The position numbers were made by a program, and so were the translations under genes. Under the pieces are notes generated by a model. The model ran no database searches. It saw nothing but the letters and a program-made list of their open reading frames with translations, and was not told where the DNA came from. Of a stretch of 46,459 bases of DNA, positions 44,023-46,459 are shown piece by piece (within the stretch, counting starts at the first letter, position 1; the number at the start of each line of letters is the position of its first letter). Source of the DNA: Salibacteraceae bacterium (lineage in GTDB: Bacteria > Pseudomonadota > Gammaproteobacteria > HK1); contig CAXMNG010000251.1 of NCBI GenBank assembly GCA_964194585.1, positions 1 through 46,459 on the forward strand. Reading direction: 5' to 3'.

Positions 44023-45093
44023 ATGAAGATCTGCGTCGTCGGCGCCGGTTCCATCGGTGGATTGCTGGGCGTGAAGCTGGCTCTGGCCGGCGAGGACGTC
44101 ACCCTGATCGCGCGCGGCAAGCACCTGGAGGCAATTCAAGAGAATGGGCTTCGGATCACCTACCAGGACGGCAGCTCCGATACGGCCAGCGAGGTAAAGG
44201 CGACCAGCGACATGCGCGCCTGCGGCCACCAGGACCTGGTCATCCTCGGCCTCAAGGCCCACCAGATCCGGCCCGTGGTAGACGAGATCCGGACACTGCT
44301 CGGCCCTGACACCATGGTGCTCACCACCCAGAACGGTCTTCCGTGGTGGTATTTCCAACGCCATGGCGGCGCGTTCGACGGTTACCGCATCGAGACCCTG
44401 GACCCCGACGGCCGGCTCACCGACGGTATCGAGGCGCGGCGCATCATCGGCTGCATCGCCTACCCGGCGGCGACCATCGCCCGCCCCGGCGTGATTCGCC
44501 ATATGGAGGGCACGCGCTTTCCCGTAGGCGAGCTGGACAGGACGGCATCGGAACGCGTCCAGCGGGTCTCCGAGACCCTGACAGGGGCCGGCTTCAAGTC
44601 CCCGGTGCTCACGGACATCCGCTCGGAGATTTGGCTCAAGGCCTGGGGAAACTTGAGCTTCAATCCCATCAGCGCGCTGTGTCACGCGACACTCGTCGAT
44701 ATCTGTCAGTTCGGCCCGACCCGGGAGCTGGCGGCCAACATGATGACCGAAGCCCAGGTCATCGCCGAGAAGCTCGGCGTCACCTTCCGGGTGTCGTTGG
44801 AGAAGCGAATCGCCGGCGCCGAGAAAGTGGGTAAGCACAAGACGTCCATGCTCCAGGATGTGGAAGCCGGCCGGGCGCTGGAGACGGACGCCTTGATCGG
44901 CGCCGTGCTGGAGCTGGGCAAACTCACCGGCACGCCTACCCCCACCATCGGCGCCGTCTATGCGGCGGTCAAGCTCCTCGGCAGGACCATCGAGGCCGAG
45001 GGTGTGTTCGTGAAGGCCCAGGCAATTTCCGCACCGGCGCTCACCGTCGTGCCGCTGGAGGAACCGGCCCTGGTAGGCAGCGCGGCGGGCTGA
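44023..45093 (+). CDS. panE: 2-dehydropantoate 2-reductase (ketopantoate reductase family)
   Basis: MKICVVGAGSIGGLLG Rossmann N-terminus, SMLQDVEAGRALE motif, and GGGAGGG 8 nt upstream of ATG 44023. Confidence 0.85.
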   Translation: MKICVVGAGSIGGLLGVKLALAGEDVTLIARGKHLEAIQENGLRITYQDGSSDTASEVKATSDMRACGHQDLVILGLKAHQIRPVVDEIRTLLGPDTMVLTTQNGLPWWYFQRHGGAFDGYRIETLDPDGRLTDGIEARRIIGCIAYPAATIARPGVIRHMEGTRFPVGELDRTASERVQRVSETLTGAGFKSPVLTDIRSEIWLKAWGNLSFNPISALCHATLVDICQFGPTRELAANMMTEAQVIAEKLGVTFRVSLEKRIAGAEKVGKHKTSMLQDVEAGRALETDALIGAVLELGKLTGTPTPTIGAVYAAVKLLGRTIEAEGVFVKAQAISAPALTVVPLEEPALVGSAAG

Positions 45094-45118
45094 ATCGGGC
45101 CGGCTGGTACGGCTCGCG

Positions 45119-46060
45119 CTAGGGGACAGATTTGAAATCTGTCCCCCCGCCCAGCTGATCTCCTACCGCTAATGGCGCATCGACGAGGTATTCGGCGACC
45201 GTCATTTTCTTCGCTCCCTGGGGTCGCAGACGGTGGATCTGGATCTGACCATCGGCGCAGGCGACGCTGACGCCGTCGTCTCCCACGGCGGTTATCTGGC
45301 CGGGGGTGGCACCGTCGTCGGCTTCTTGCTTGGTGCAATCGAATATCTTTACAGTGGTTTCGCCATGGCGCGTCCAGGAGCCGGGTTGCGGGTTGGCACC
45401 GCGAATCAAATTCCAGACTTCCTGGCTCGGCCTCGTCCAGTCGATCTCCACGTCTTCGGCGCGGCACCAGCCTTCGTAGGTCGCCATGGATTCATCCTGG
45501 ACAAGCTTGGGCGCCTTGCCGTCGCGTACAAGGTCGACGCTTTCCAGCATCGCCTCGACGCCCATGGGGAACAGATGATTGAAGTACAAGCTGCCGAGCG
45601 TGTCGTCATCCCTGATGGGGACTTCCTTCTGCATCAGGATGGGACCGGTATCCAGTCCATTGTCCGGCCAGAAGATGCTCAACCCGGTTTTCTCGTCGCC
45701 CTGGATAATCGGCCAGTTGATAGAGCTCGGGCCGCGGTGCAGCGGCAGCAGTGATGGGTGGTATTGAATGCTGCCGAGCGTTGGAGTGTTGAGCGCTTGC
45801 TCCGGAACGATCAACGTGACATAGGCCATGATGCAGAGATCTGCCTCGAGGGATGCCATCTGCGCCCAGACCTCGGGGTTCTTGAAGGACTTCGGTTGAA
45901 ACAAGGGCAGCTCGTGTTCCAACGCGGCCTCTTTGATGGGATCGATCCTTTCGCCCTTGTCAGGCTCGCAGTAGACACCCACTATCTCTTCCCCGCGCCC
46001 AAGCAATGCTTCCAGCACCGCTTTCCCGTATGCCTGCTGGCCGTTGATCATAATTTTCAT
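45119..46060 (-). CDS. formyltransferase family protein (Fmt fold; motifs closest to the 10-formyl-THF dehydrogenase N-terminal domain / ArnA type)
   Basis: 313 aa. MKIMINGQQAYGKAVLEAL..SIQYHPSLLPLHRGPSSINWPIIQGDEKTGLSIFWPDNGLDTGPILMQ, plus a C-terminal Fmt-C-like barrel. Confidence 0.85.
   Translation of the reverse strand: MKIMINGQQAYGKAVLEALLGRGEEIVGVYCEPDKGERIDPIKEAALEHELPLFQPKSFKNPEVWAQMASLEADLCIMAYVTLIVPEQALNTPTLGSIQYHPSLLPLHRGPSSINWPIIQGDEKTGLSIFWPDNGLDTGPILMQKEVPIRDDDTLGSLYFNHLFPMGVEAMLESVDLVRDGKAPKLVQDESMATYEGWCRAEDVEIDWTRPSQEVWNLIRGANPQPGSWTRHGETTVKIFDCTKQEADDGATPGQITAVGDDGVSVACADGQIQIHRLRPQGAKKMTVAEYLVDAPLAVGDQLGGGTDFKSVP
45122..45146. repeat. second copy of the palindromic element GGGGACAGATTT-N-AAATCTGTCCCC
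   Basis: 12-bp arms at 45122-33 and 45135-46. It is identical to the 30390-30414 core except for the central base (G versus T). It sits between convergent panE and the formyltransferase gene and overlaps the latter's last codons. Confidence 0.85.
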
Positions 46061-46139
46061 GATGTCTCCTGAAGATTGTTCCCGGCTTCCGCAACACAGC
46101 CTGCGGCATTATGCTACCAAGTGGAAAGGACGGTAAGCG

Positions 46140-46459
46140 ATGGCGAAGATTGCTCTGGCACAAACTACGACCACCGATGACTTCGACGCAAATCTCGATG
46201 TTGCGGACCGGATGGTGCGCGAAGCCGCCGGGAACGGCGCGGCGTTGCTCGCTTTTCCCGAGGTTTTTCTGTATCTGGGCGGTTACAAGGGCAAGTTGAA
46301 AGTCGCCGAGTCCCTGGAAGGCGCCATCGTTTCCCGCTTCCGTGAAGCCGCCGCCAGGCACGACTTGATGCTTCTGCTGGGGAGCATCCATGAGCACATT
46401 CCGGACGATCCATCACGGGTTTACAATACCTCGGTGCTCATCGGCGCCAACGGCGATGT
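46140..46459 (+). CDS. carbon-nitrogen hydrolase (nitrilase superfamily), 3'-truncated at window edge
   Basis: Not in the ORF track because no stop is reached. My own translation from ATG 46140 is MAKIALAQTTTTDDFDANLDVADRMVREAAGNGAALLAFPEVFLY..VYNTSVLIGANGD, with the catalytic-Glu AFPE motif. GGAAAGGA lies 9 nt upstream. Confidence 0.75.
   Translation, partial: MAKIALAQTTTTDDFDANLDVADRMVREAAGNGAALLAFPEVFLYLGGYKGKLKVAESLEGAIVSRFREAAARHDLMLLLGSIHEHIPDDPSRVYNTSVLIGANGD

Noticed and set aside
1-46459. Search of all intergenic gaps larger than about 60 bp for tRNA, rRNA, tmRNA, transposase or integrase genes, and prophage or toxin-antitoxin modules.
   Set aside because: No cloverleaf-like sequences, rRNA-like segments, IS terminal repeats with transposase ORFs or small paired TA ORFs were seen by eye. 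A covariance-model scan (tRNAscan-SE, Rfam) would be needed to exclude small RNAs formally.

Overview
High-GC gammaproteobacterial chromosomal window that is densely coding. I found no rRNA, tRNA, CRISPR array, transposase or integrase. Most of it is a housekeeping backbone whose order recalls the Pseudomonas pilT-pilU / pyrC'-pyrB-pyrR-ruvX-algH-tonB-gshB region. The backbone genes are a 5'-truncated DUF45 metallohydrolase, a DUF4124 protein, pyrE, xthA, yggU-yggT-proC-yggS, three tandem PilT-family ATPases, a CoA-transferase, a PyrK-like flavoprotein, the pyr/ruvX/yqgE/tonB/gshB run, hemC-hemD-HPr-ptsI-mgtE, a DUF2782 protein, a LOG-family protein, polA-hisA-hisF, ppsA, panE, an FDH-like formyltransferase and a 3'-truncated nitrilase-superfamily gene that is absent from the ORF track. 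The accessory-looking stretch is about 30.4-41.1 kb. It holds a PP2C phosphatase fused through a TM helix and a PEPVKV repeat linker to a Cys-less FGE/SUMF1-like domain, followed by a lipoprotein, a membrane-anchored GNAT and a GT2 glycosyltransferase. These converge on a minus-strand run made of an adaptor-less RND permease, a CinA-N-like MoCF protein, an orphan Dam methylase and a Hanks Ser/Thr kinase with a cyclic-nucleotide-binding domain. I flag this kinase/phosphatase-bracketed block as the best candidate for an undescribed system; that call rests on domain reading only, with no database search. Non-coding observations are a 27-bp-arm REP-like palindrome, a GGGGACAGATTT-N-AAATCTGTCCCC palindromic element present twice (one copy encodes a protein C-terminus), and an interrupted 52-bp tandem duplication downstream of ppsA. 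The many long ORFs antisense to real genes are rejected as GC3-driven artefacts.
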